Shown: positions 50,060 through 58,491 of the stretch, in pieces
Position numbering within the stretch: the first letter of the stretch is position 1
Layout of the letters: each line of letters opens with the position of its first letter
NCBI GenBank assembly: GCA_963663225.1
Contig: OY760142.1
Span: 2,848,001-2,912,000, forward strand
Direction of reading: 5' to 3'
Source: Nitrospirota bacterium
GTDB lineage: Bacteria > Nitrospirota > UBA9217
Length of the DNA stretch: 64,000 bases
Translations under genes and position numbers: made by a program
The notes under the pieces: generated by a model
What the model saw: only the letters and a program-made list of their open reading frames with translations
What the model was told of the DNA's origin: nothing
Database searches by the model: none

Positions 50060-52321
50060 TCATTTCCGTTCCATCAATTTCTGACAGGATTTTTGAATGG
50101 CGGCATTGTCCAGACGCATTCCGATCTTGAGCAACTCTGTGATGCTCTCCTTCGGATAGCGTTCAAGCGAATCAAATAAGTGTTCTTTCATCCGCAAGAG
50201 GCTTTTGGGATACAGTGTCCACGCAGCACGCGCCAGTTTTTCCAAATCACGGACCGCGCAAGGATCTCCGATTTCTCCCAGCGCCCTGATGATTTCCTCG
50301 TTTTCCCGGTAGTCGGACTCAAAAAGAACCGCCCGTTTGATTTTCGAAAGAATATCTCTTGTAACTTCCCTGACACGGTATTGTCCTGCCAGGGAAATAG
50401 CCTGAAAGGCGATGTCAGGATCCGATGAATCAATGGTCTCTCCCAACGTTTTTATTGCTTCCGGGTCTTTTAATTTCAGAAGTGTATTCAGAGCTTCCAT
50501 GCGGAGAACGGGATTTTGGTGCTGCAGAAGCGGCCTGACATATGCAGTGGATGCTTGGTTGCCGGCTCTGCGCAAAAAGATGAGCAGGTTTCTGACAAAA
50601 TAAGAGCGGGAATCATTCAGTCGTTTGTGTGCTTCACGCACGGCAGGTTCACCGAAAATGCAGAGGAGATTAAATACAATCCGCTTTCCTCCAACGGAGT
50701 CATCCCTGCTGTAAATATCCATGAGTCCGGGTACCGTTTCCGAACCAAGCGCTTGAATAAAGCCGGCGGCCTCCTGTCCTTTATCCTTTATCCAGATTTC
50801 GAATGCGTCCAGTGCCTGTGCGCGGAAATCAGCCGTCAGAAAAAGCTTTCTGGCTTCTTCGGCGCTTGCACGGATCCCTTTTACCGGCTTCTCCATCGTG
50901 TGTTTCCTGAGCGTTTCAAAAATGTCCCAGAGAAGAAAAAAGTTGCCTGTTTTAAGGAATCCCGGAGCTATTGTCATGAGCTTCTGAGCAAGTTCCTTAT
51001 AATCTTCTTCATCAATATTTTCCGCCATGAAAGCAAGGAGTGCTCGTCCGATTTGAAAGTCAAGATAATCGTCTTCAAGCGTTTTCTTAAACTCTTCAAG
51101 AGAAAATTTTTCCTGGCTTCTTTCCGATCCTTCGGTCAGCCGCTTCAGCATGGCTTCATAATCTTCGCTTACGTAATTTTCGTACATCTCGCGGGCGAAC
51201 AGCGTTTCCATGTGTTCCGGCAGAATAGACGGCATTTCCCGGTTTTCCGGTGAGGGGGCAGGCCCCGACCGCTGGGGAGTCGCAAATGCTGCACCCTGAG
51301 CATGCGCTTTTGTCAGTTTCCCCAGGAGACCGGTCAGTGTTGGTGAGATTTCTTTCCCCTCCGCGCTTGCCTGACTCAGCATATCAATGACCATATCGTC
51401 CTGAAAACCTCCCAGCAAATCGTTCGCATCCACCGTTGAGGCGTGTGTAGAAATGCGCTGGAAAGCAACCGATAAAAATTGTTTCCTGAGTTCAGGATGG
51501 AGTTCGCGCAGTAATTTGTTCAAGTTTCCGAGCGTGGCCGATTGATCGCTGGTAAGCTGCTTTTTTTCCGCGCGTTCTCGGACATGATCAGAAATAATCC
51601 TGTCATAGCTTTGGATGGCAGCACCCGCATCGAGCTTTCGCTCATTCAACAGCCTGGCAAGTTCCGCAGGATCAAAGCGTTCTGCCTCCTTGAGGGAGAC
51701 GCCCTGATCCCCCGATCCGGCCAACGTGCCCGCGGAAAGATGCGTCACAAAGTCCTGCCACAGGCCAGCTCCTGTTTTATCCCCGATTGATTTCGACTGT
51801 GACCGCACAATTTCTTGCTCTTCTGTGGCATGAAAGTTGCCGTAATCTATGACATGAATTTTGATATGGACAATGGCCGAATCGTTCATTGCCTTGTTGA
51901 TTCCGCCTGACGCTCTTATGTCTTCGGGCTTCGTCGTAAGAATGCGGTGAAATTTGACCAGTTCATCTTTCTGCAAGCCGGAAAGAAAAGTAACTGCAGC
52001 AATCTCTTGCTGATTCATGGAAAGAGCAAAGTCACGATAGACCGGATTTTTTTGATCAAGATAGTCATGTCCGACAAGCAACGTGTCCTTTGCAACGCCC
52101 AGGGTCATTTCCGGACGGATTTCAAATAATTTTTGCAGAATTTCATAGGCACGATCGATGCTTTTTGTGATTTGCAGGTGTCCAGGCGGGTAAATTCCGA
52201 CATTTTTTCTGGAAATGTTCAACTCAATGACGGCCTCAGACAAAAGACGCGTATCGAGCGGGAGCTCGCGCGCTGCACGCTGCGGTTTTTCGGGGTTGCT
52301 TTTGTCCTGATTTTCTGTCAT
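50060..52321 (-). CDS. Large HEAT-repeat protein with uncharacterised N-terminal domain
   Basis: C-terminal HEAT-like repeats ('YFVRNLL', 'LRMEALNTL', 'IIRALGEIGDP'); N-terminus aligns by eye with that of the adjacent HD-GYP. Confidence 0.8.
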   Translation of the reverse strand: MTENQDKSNPEKPQRAARELPLDTRLLSEAVIELNISRKNVGIYPPGHLQITKSIDRAYEILQKLFEIRPEMTLGVAKDTLLVGHDYLDQKNPVYRDFALSMNQQEIAAVTFLSGLQKDELVKFHRILTTKPEDIRASGGINKAMNDSAIVHIKIHVIDYGNFHATEEQEIVRSQSKSIGDKTGAGLWQDFVTHLSAGTLAGSGDQGVSLKEAERFDPAELARLLNERKLDAGAAIQSYDRIISDHVRERAEKKQLTSDQSATLGNLNKLLRELHPELRKQFLSVAFQRISTHASTVDANDLLGGFQDDMVIDMLSQASAEGKEISPTLTGLLGKLTKAHAQGAAFATPQRSGPAPSPENREMPSILPEHMETLFAREMYENYVSEDYEAMLKRLTEGSERSQEKFSLEEFKKTLEDDYLDFQIGRALLAFMAENIDEEDYKELAQKLMTIAPGFLKTGNFFLLWDIFETLRKHTMEKPVKGIRASAEEARKLFLTADFRAQALDAFEIWIKDKGQEAAGFIQALGSETVPGLMDIYSRDDSVGGKRIVFNLLCIFGEPAVREAHKRLNDSRSYFVRNLLIFLRRAGNQASTAYVRPLLQHQNPVLRMEALNTLLKLKDPEAIKTLGETIDSSDPDIAFQAISLAGQYRVREVTRDILSKIKRAVLFESDYRENEEIIRALGEIGDPCAVRDLEKLARAAWTLYPKSLLRMKEHLFDSLERYPKESITELLKIGMRLDNAAIQKSCQKLMERK

Positions 52322-52489
52322 TGCGTTGGCCGATCAATCGTACTGTGCATAATATTATAAAGGTTTCTATTGTTTTTTCCACAAAAAAAATTGTTTTTGT
52401 TTTATTCAAGTCATATTGACGAATCAATATTTTATCCGTTGCTGTTATTGATACAAAAAATGTTCATTTTAACAGACAAGTCTTTTTCC

Positions 52490-52524
52490 TTGACAACCTT
52501 ATTTCATGGTGATAAATTTATCAC
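52490..52524 (+). promoter_or_regulatory. Sigma70 promoter of tRNA-Ala
   Basis: TTGACA (52490-95), 17 nt, extended -10 TGA-TAAATT (52513-18); overlapped by the palindrome GTGATAAATTTATCAC (52509-24). Confidence 0.7.
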
Positions 52525-52543
52525 TCACATACAAGATAATTTT

Positions 52544-52619
52544 GGGGCTGTAGCTCAGCTGGGAGAGCACAAGGCTGGCAGTCTTGGGGTCAGGGGTTCG
52601 ATCCCCCTCAGCTCCACCA
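52544..52619 (+). tRNA. tRNA-Ala(GGC)
   Basis: 76-nt cloverleaf; acceptor GGGGCTG/CAGCTCC with G3:U70, anticodon loop CTGGCAG, TTCGA T-loop, encoded CCA. Confidence 0.97.
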
Positions 52620-52625
52620 AGAATT
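52574..52625 (+). repeat. attL core (52 bp, 3' half of the tRNA)
   Basis: GCTGGCAGTCTTGGGGTCAGGGGTTCGATCCCCCTCAGCTCCACCAAGAATT, identical to 60928-60979; identity begins at the anticodon loop. Confidence 0.95.
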
Positions 52626-52626
52626 C

Positions 52627-52658
52627 AAGGGGTTAGCTAATAATAGCTAGCCCTTTTT
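52627..52658 (+). terminator. Element-supplied intrinsic terminator for the tRNA (overlaps int stop)
   Basis: GGGTTAGCTA-ATAA-TAGCTAGCCC followed by TTTTT. Confidence 0.7.
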
Positions 52659-53736
52659 CATTTGAGTGTGATAAATTTGTGATAATTTTATCGAGAACCT
52701 CTACCCCACTTCTCAAACTGTCAGGACAATGATGTGAATACCGCTGAGTCATCTTAATGTCCTTATGTCCGAGCAGCTTTGCAATCTTGTAAAGGTCTAC
52801 TCCTGCCTGCGCTAGCCTCGTGGCAAATGTGTGGCGAAGATCATGAAATCTGAAGTCTTCAATATTTGCGCGATCAGTCGCATTGTAAAACGCCCTCATG
52901 AGATTTCTTCGTAATATCTTTGTGTTAACCTCACTAGGAAAAACAAACTTATTTTTGTTGTAATTACGCTTTGTTTTCTCTTTGAGGAGCGTGAAGACTT
53001 TTTGATTCATGGGAATGGTTCTTTTCTCACCGTTCTTTGACTTTACAACGAGTACTGTCTTGCGGAAGAGGTCTACGTTTTGCCATTCAAGCGAAAGGAT
53101 TTCATCTTGACGCATCCCTGTATTCAGCGCAAAGAGAACTATCTCCTGCAACCAATACAAAGATTCAATTTGATTATCCTTGCGAGTAGGATGCAAAACG
53201 CAGCAACCGAGAAGCTTGCTTTCTTCCTCAAGGGTAAGCCATCTGTCCCGTTCATTCTTGACCCTGTCTCTTGAAACACGTTCAGCAGGGTTTTCTGTAC
53301 ACCACTGCCATTCCCGAATGGCAAGATTAAACGCATGGCGGAGAAGAGTACGCCGGTGGTTAATAGAAGCGGGAGAAAGTCCCTTTTCCCGGCATTGAGT
53401 TTTGTACGATGATATAAGACTTGGAGTAAAATCTTTCAGCAGCGTGCTGCCGAATATCCCCTTCATCTCCTTAATTATCACCGTATCGCCTCTGACCGTA
53501 CTTGCAGCTTTGTTAGGGATTGAATATTCGTTCAAGTACTTATCCAGCAAGTTTCCGATAGTCTTGTCCGAATGAGCAGCTCTTTCAAACCACTTCCCCT
53601 CTTGTATTTCGGTCATAACCTTATGAAAAATCTTCTCTGCCAGCCGCTTGTCTTTTGTTTCCGTGGGAACCCTATGTTGCTTACCCTTATAAGTAAAACT
53701 CATCCACCAGGCTTGGCCTCTTTTATACAGTCCCAT
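52633..53736 (-). CDS. int: Tyrosine integrase
   Basis: Arm-binding-type N-terminus; catalytic R (TGMR), K (KSKNG), HxxR (HDLRH), H (LGH) and Y (TQRYSH) all intact. Confidence 0.97.
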   Translation of the reverse strand: MGLYKRGQAWWMSFTYKGKQHRVPTETKDKRLAEKIFHKVMTEIQEGKWFERAAHSDKTIGNLLDKYLNEYSIPNKAASTVRGDTVIIKEMKGIFGSTLLKDFTPSLISSYKTQCREKGLSPASINHRRTLLRHAFNLAIREWQWCTENPAERVSRDRVKNERDRWLTLEEESKLLGCCVLHPTRKDNQIESLYWLQEIVLFALNTGMRQDEILSLEWQNVDLFRKTVLVVKSKNGEKRTIPMNQKVFTLLKEKTKRNYNKNKFVFPSEVNTKILRRNLMRAFYNATDRANIEDFRFHDLRHTFATRLAQAGVDLYKIAKLLGHKDIKMTQRYSHHCPDSLRSGVEVLDKIITNLSHSNEKGLAIIS

Positions 53737-54050
53737 TAAACCTCCTTCCTGAGACCTTGCATTTGGCCTGGTTTCCCGTTGGATGAATTATACCCTGTCC
53801 CCTTAACGCTATCAATGGCCTTTTTAACAATACTACCTATATCCGAAATTGTGCCCTTATTCGGAATTACAGCCAGTTTATAGACAGTCTTACTTGAGGC
53901 CTTGACCCAATCTTCCAGTTCATCCATATCAAAACGAATTAACCCATTCAGCTTACGAAAAGGTATAGTTCCTTGATGAACCCACGAGTAAAGGGTTGAC
54001 ACCTTGACCATGAGAAACTCAGAAGCTATTTTGATAGTAACTAACCGCAT
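53736..54050 (-). CDS. Excisionase-like HTH protein
   Basis: 'TIKIASEFLMVKVSTLYSWV..GTIP..KLNGLIRFDMDELEDW'; 1-bp overlap with int. Confidence 0.85.
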   Translation of the reverse strand: MRLVTIKIASEFLMVKVSTLYSWVHQGTIPFRKLNGLIRFDMDELEDWVKASSKTVYKLAVIPNKGTISDIGSIVKKAIDSVKGTGYNSSNGKPGQMQGLRKEV

Positions 54051-54242
54051 TTATTCATCCTCACTGTTTGCTGCTAGATCATCGCTGTTAAAATGCAGCT
54101 CGTTTCTTCTTATCATTTCTTCGTCATAGACATCGCCTAACTGACGCTTTAGGCCTTCATGCTTTTCACTAATTAGGCGCACAATTCGACATGAATGACA
54201 GTATTTTTGAGTACAGCTCGAACATGACTTTTGAAAACTCAT
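54051..54242 (-). CDS. Small hypothetical protein with CxxC-x4-CxxC
   Basis: Abuts both neighbours in the rep-xis-int operon; 'CSSC...CHSC'. Confidence 0.5.
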   Translation of the reverse strand: MSFQKSCSSCTQKYCHSCRIVRLISEKHEGLKRQLGDVYDEEMIRRNELHFNSDDLAANSEDE

Positions 54243-54244
54243 AT

Positions 54245-54481
54245 TTATTCCTGCTTATGATTTCGGATAGGTTGAACCCACCAGAAGATGCCTTTTTGAC
54301 GAACTTTTTTAACGAGCCATTCCCCATTATCTTCTGAACAGTCAGCCATGAAATCTTCAGCTATTTTTTCTTCGTTTATCAGTTTTCCATTAAAAAGCTC
54401 GCAAATGCTTTCTATGGTAACGTATTTGCTTACCGAATTGAAACCATAGAACAGATGACCTTGTTTTGTATTTTTCTTCAT
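54245..54481 (-). CDS. Small hypothetical protein
   Basis: Tight spacing within the rep-xis-int operon. Confidence 0.5.
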   Translation of the reverse strand: MKKNTKQGHLFYGFNSVSKYVTIESICELFNGKLINEEKIAEDFMADCSEDNGEWLVKKVRQKGIFWWVQPIRNHKQE

Positions 54482-54492
54482 GATATGCGCCT

Positions 54493-55635
54493 TTAAAATG
54501 GGACATCGTTATCAGGCATATTGAATCTTTTCTTTTTGACGTTTATTTTTTTGTCTACATAATCCATGCTGTCTTCAAAATCCTTCTTTGCCTTATCGTC
54601 ATTTAATACACAGGCATCAAGATATGTACCTGCATCACGGAGGAAACTTTTTGCAGCCTCAAGTAAGTTAGTGCTGTTGTAACCCTTGAGGGCAGCATAA
54701 GTAAGCAGATAACCAAGCCCGTTCAGATATAATCTTTTGATATCAGGAGACCGTGAGCGGCTTACTTCCCGCTTAATCCCTGAATATCCTTTATCGTTAA
54801 AAGTAACCTCTTGAATACAAACCCAGACTGATTCAGTTTCCCAGCGGGTTCTATTCTCTGTGCCGTTATTTACGCCAAAGCGTAACCATTCTTGAGTACA
54901 CATTTTCCAGAGATCATTGAGCTTCTCTAACACCTCTGTTACCGTAAAAACGCCTAATAAAGACAATAGGCCTTTCTTTAATGCGAATTCCAACCTTATG
55001 ACCCTTTGACCTTCTTGCCAGCCATTTGACCGCCATAACTCTTTAAAAAACTCTTTATTGCTTATTCCAAGCTCGACAGTCTTGTCATACAGGCGTGCGA
55101 GGATATCTCCGCTACGTCTTCCTATCGTCCAACCTGTGAAGTCGTTACCATCCCAGAATTGCTGAATGTTCTTTGCTTGTGTAATCCAAGACTCTCGCTT
55201 AATGCTGTCAAAATTAAACTCACTGACAAAATCAACGAAAATATCAATCCGGCTTACTTTTTCTTCATAATTGCCTACTAGCAATTCATCAACGACACAC
55301 CGAAGGCTTTTCATAGATTCTTCAACGCCGCGACAATTAAGCAATTCACTTCGTATCTGGACATACAAGGCTGGAAGCTTCTTACTTCCTGCTCCGGCTA
55401 TTGAGATTCGGAACCAGTTATCGTCAATGACATAGCTAAAAATGCCGCTTCCTTTTGCCCATACCTCGAAATGATGACCTGAAATATTTAAGACTGCTTG
55501 TGCTTGTTCTTCTAGATCGTCAGAACGAGCTAATTGCTTTCTGGATTCAAGGTAATCCAATACTCCTTCTTTCATCGACCCTCGATATGAGACATAAAGA
55601 CTATCTACCCCCCTGTGTACTACCTTAAACTCCAT
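54493..55635 (-). CDS. Rep_trans-family rolling-circle replication initiator/relaxase
   Basis: 'GVDSL', 'SRIDIFVD', 'RLYDKTVE' (candidate catalytic Tyr), 'RLEF'; ATG 55635 preceded by AGGAGGGG SD. Confidence 0.8.
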   Translation of the reverse strand: MEFKVVHRGVDSLYVSYRGSMKEGVLDYLESRKQLARSDDLEEQAQAVLNISGHHFEVWAKGSGIFSYVIDDNWFRISIAGAGSKKLPALYVQIRSELLNCRGVEESMKSLRCVVDELLVGNYEEKVSRIDIFVDFVSEFNFDSIKRESWITQAKNIQQFWDGNDFTGWTIGRRSGDILARLYDKTVELGISNKEFFKELWRSNGWQEGQRVIRLEFALKKGLLSLLGVFTVTEVLEKLNDLWKMCTQEWLRFGVNNGTENRTRWETESVWVCIQEVTFNDKGYSGIKREVSRSRSPDIKRLYLNGLGYLLTYAALKGYNSTNLLEAAKSFLRDAGTYLDACVLNDDKAKKDFEDSMDYVDKKINVKKKRFNMPDNDVPF

Positions 55636-55657
55636 AACCCCTCCTATGATGTAATGC

Positions 55658-55751
55658 GACAGTGCTGTATATACTAAGTTCCGCACTGTCTTAAACTTGA
55701 ACCATGCCACAGAGGCCCGCCAGCCTCCGGCTGTTGCGGTGCCTCTGTGGC
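55658..55751. other. Hairpin pair, candidate rolling-circle origin
   Basis: GACAGTGC-17nt-GCACTGTC (55658-90) and GCCACAGAGGC...GCCTCTGTGGC with inner stem (55706-51), immediately upstream of rep. Confidence 0.55.
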
Positions 55752-55761
55752 CATTGTCATG

Positions 55762-55797
55762 AAAATAAAAAAGGCCACAGCATTTAAGCTGTAGCCT
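55762..55797 (-). terminator. Intrinsic terminator of the 326-aa ORF
   Basis: Minus strand AGGCTACAGC-TTAAAT-GCTGTGGCCT-TTTTTATTTT. Confidence 0.7.
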
Positions 55798-55860
55798 GAT
55801 AATAACCTTCATGACGATAAGAGTCTAAGACACGAAATTTATTTTTTATGTCTTATTTTA

Positions 55861-56841
55861 TTAAGCCAACACTCCCTCTCTTTTTAATCTATCAACAAAC
55901 TTTCTAAAGGTAGATGGATCATCTTGCACCCTAACCCCAGATGATAGAAGTAGCTCCATAAGTTCTGGATTTGTGAGCCTACAAAGACCTAACTTCCAGA
56001 AATAAGCTAAAACGAGAAAAGATTGTGTGTGTTCCATGTCATGTTCAAGAGGAGGTTTTTTTATAGCATCCCCTAATTGTTTAAAAAAAATGTGTTCTCC
56101 TGTATATTGAGCTATCCTTATTTTTCTGCGTACCCATTTTGCATCTAGTAAAGTTTTATCAACCCGAACAGCCTTAAATAACGCTTCATCTTCACCTTTT
56201 TTTGCTTCCTCAACTAATGTTGCCATATGCTTCTTGTTGACTAACATCGAAATGGTATCATTAACGCTAGCCATAAAATTTTTACAAAATTTAAATTCGA
56301 TAGATTTTCTGAGTTTTACAGGTTTGTGAGACCTAGTAGTGCGTTCATTTCTTAAATCATGTATAGCAATGTGAAATAATAATGATTTCCAGTCACAATA
56401 CAGTTCCTTGATTTCTTCAATTAGCTGATCCTGAGGCATACCTTTAAAATATTTGTTAATATTTTCTGATTGAAATTTTGCAAATTTACTAGCGTAATAA
56501 CACTTACTTTCACCATTAGGTAGTGATTCAAGTGGTTCAAAAAGCTCTTTTTCAAAGCTAAAAGGTGAGTTGCGAGTAATTTTAGATAAATTTTTGATAC
56601 TGCCTGATTCAGAAAAGCTAGTTTTGATATTCTTACTTAATTCTGTAATATCTTCATACTCATTGCCCAAAGCAGGATAACCTCTCCGCGCAAAAACATC
56701 TAGTGTATGATCGAGAGGAACGAGATATCCCTCGTTAGCCGGCAGGCAACAGCTTGTAAGTATCTTTAGATACTCTTTAATGAGTTCGCTAAAGGCAGGA
56801 TCGATTTTAGAATTATAATTACTTTTGCTATTGTTATTCAT
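55861..56841 (-). CDS. Hypothetical helical protein, possible C-terminal HTH
   Basis: 326-aa ORF in AT-rich DNA with its own terminator; no family recognised. Confidence 0.75.
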   Translation of the reverse strand: MNNNSKSNYNSKIDPAFSELIKEYLKILTSCCLPANEGYLVPLDHTLDVFARRGYPALGNEYEDITELSKNIKTSFSESGSIKNLSKITRNSPFSFEKELFEPLESLPNGESKCYYASKFAKFQSENINKYFKGMPQDQLIEEIKELYCDWKSLLFHIAIHDLRNERTTRSHKPVKLRKSIEFKFCKNFMASVNDTISMLVNKKHMATLVEEAKKGEDEALFKAVRVDKTLLDAKWVRRKIRIAQYTGEHIFFKQLGDAIKKPPLEHDMEHTQSFLVLAYFWKLGLCRLTNPELMELLLSSGVRVQDDPSTFRKFVDRLKREGVLA

Positions 56842-57058
56842 AAATCAAAGCTTATAAGAAATGGAGTTACTTGAAAATAAAAAAATATGCGATTAAACCG
56901 CTTGCAAAATTCGTTAATTTATAGTAATTTAATCACAGGGAGGCTTTTCTGTAGTTTCCCCTTCCCAAGCATACCTCCCGAGCACAAATTCCTTTTTAAT
57001 CTTTATCAGCTTAAGCAATGCCAAGTGTAAAAAAATAGCAACTCAGGAGTGTATAAAT

Positions 57059-57976
57059 ATGGCAGGTGCCTTTACGCATATGGCTATCGTTGATAAAACG
57101 ATTAAATCATTCCCTTCTGGAGAAAATTTTGGAAAGATATTACGCGAAAATAAGAATTTTTTAACGCTTGGCAGTGTGAGCCCTGACATTCCATACCTAG
57201 CCCAACTCGCCATGGAAGGTTCTTCATGGGCAGATATAATGCATTACTATAAAACAGATAGAATAACTAAAAACGCTATTCATTCTTTAATCGCAACCAA
57301 AACAAAAGGCAAAATTTGGAAATATCAATTAGCTTGGCTATTAGGTTTTATTGGTCATATTGTAGCAGATGCTACGATTCACCCTATTGTTGAAAATATT
57401 GTTGGCCCGTATACCGAAAAAGAGACGCATAATGATCATAGAGAGTGTGAAATGATTCAAGATGTGATGATCTTTAAAGAAGTCATGAATCTTGAGTTAA
57501 ATGCAGCTGAATATACAGATCTTTTAAAAGCGTGTATCAAACATCCTTCATTAGATAAAGTTAAATATTTTTGGTCTATACATGCTGAAACTAGCTATCC
57601 CACTATGGGTAAATTCCCTGCTGATAAAATAATCGAATCATATACAACAGAGTTAGATATCGCAGATGGAGGAAATCCACTTGTCAAAGCCTTCCGTCAT
57701 TTTAAGTCAGATTTTATTTACCGTACTTACAAAGACATCACGATAAATTCCCGAGAACTTGTTGATAAATATTACTCTAATGTTTTATTGCCAAATGGCT
57801 TAACGGGAACATTTCGAGAACACGGTTTTGAATATGCTGTTAAAAACCTTGTAGCAATTTGGTCAAAAATTGAGCGGTCACTTTTTTCCAAAGAAAACAT
57901 TATCAATATTATTCCTAATTGGAATCTTGACACAGGCATAGACCAAGCAACAGAAATTAGAACATATTGGAGCTAA
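57059..57976 (+). CDS. Zinc-dependent phospholipase C-family protein
   Basis: N-terminal 'AFTH', 'GSVSPD', 'MHY', 'GFIGHIVADATIHP', 'HRECE' match the PLC/P1 Zn-ligand pattern; AGGAG SD; no signal peptide. Confidence 0.8.
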   Translation: MAGAFTHMAIVDKTIKSFPSGENFGKILRENKNFLTLGSVSPDIPYLAQLAMEGSSWADIMHYYKTDRITKNAIHSLIATKTKGKIWKYQLAWLLGFIGHIVADATIHPIVENIVGPYTEKETHNDHRECEMIQDVMIFKEVMNLELNAAEYTDLLKACIKHPSLDKVKYFWSIHAETSYPTMGKFPADKIIESYTTELDIADGGNPLVKAFRHFKSDFIYRTYKDITINSRELVDKYYSNVLLPNGLTGTFREHGFEYAVKNLVAIWSKIERSLFSKENIINIIPNWNLDTGIDQATEIRTYWS

Positions 57977-57977
57977 T

Positions 57978-58379
57978 GTGAATATATATAAAAAAAATAT
58001 ATATATCTTTTTGATATGTTTCCTTACATGTTCTTGCAGTATCATACAGCTGAATCTCGATGAAAAATATCAACCTCTTGGAACAGCTGTTTTAACAGCG
58101 AACGATCTTCTTCTTGCAAAGTATCCGAAAGAACGGCCTCAATATGTCTCACAAGAGGAATACAAAAACCTTTTAAAAGAAAATTATCTACCATTATACG
58201 ACAGGTTATACGTTTACCCTGTAAAAATTAAAACAGTCAACAATAACTTTGTGGTCAGCATATATGATGGTGACAAACTAATTCTCACTGACTGGCTATG
58301 CACGGAGGGATATATAGATTGCTGGAGCTACAACAATGAATGTAATTTAAATACTATAAAAATCGAATGTGAAAAATAA
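57978..58379 (+). CDS. Putative lipoprotein, candidate immunity protein
   Basis: Basic N-terminus, hydrophobic core, 'LTCSC' lipobox-like motif; GTG 1 nt after the PLC stop; four further Cys. Confidence 0.65.
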   Translation: MNIYKKNIYIFLICFLTCSCSIIQLNLDEKYQPLGTAVLTANDLLLAKYPKERPQYVSQEEYKNLLKENYLPLYDRLYVYPVKIKTVNNNFVVSIYDGDKLILTDWLCTEGYIDCWSYNNECNLNTIKIECEK

Positions 58380-58491
58380 CTTTTTTAAATTTAAGCACTA
58401 AAAAATGCACGCTAATATTAAAACAACATAAAACTTTATTGCTTAAACATTAGGGCAGTTTTACACAATAGTATTTGCAAATGATACGCTA

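Noticed and set aside
1406-52360. Many long + strand ORFs antisense to core genes (e.g. 1406-2131, 6172-6987, 48990-49886, 50516-51253)
   Set aside because: Shadow frames of well-supported minus-strand genes with no recognisable motifs
52370-52636. 88-aa + strand ORF
   Set aside because: Runs through the tRNA promoter and tRNA-Ala
55636-55812. N-terminal 59-aa extension of Rep in the ORF track
   Set aside because: Overlaps the hairpins and terminator; a strong SD precedes ATG 55635
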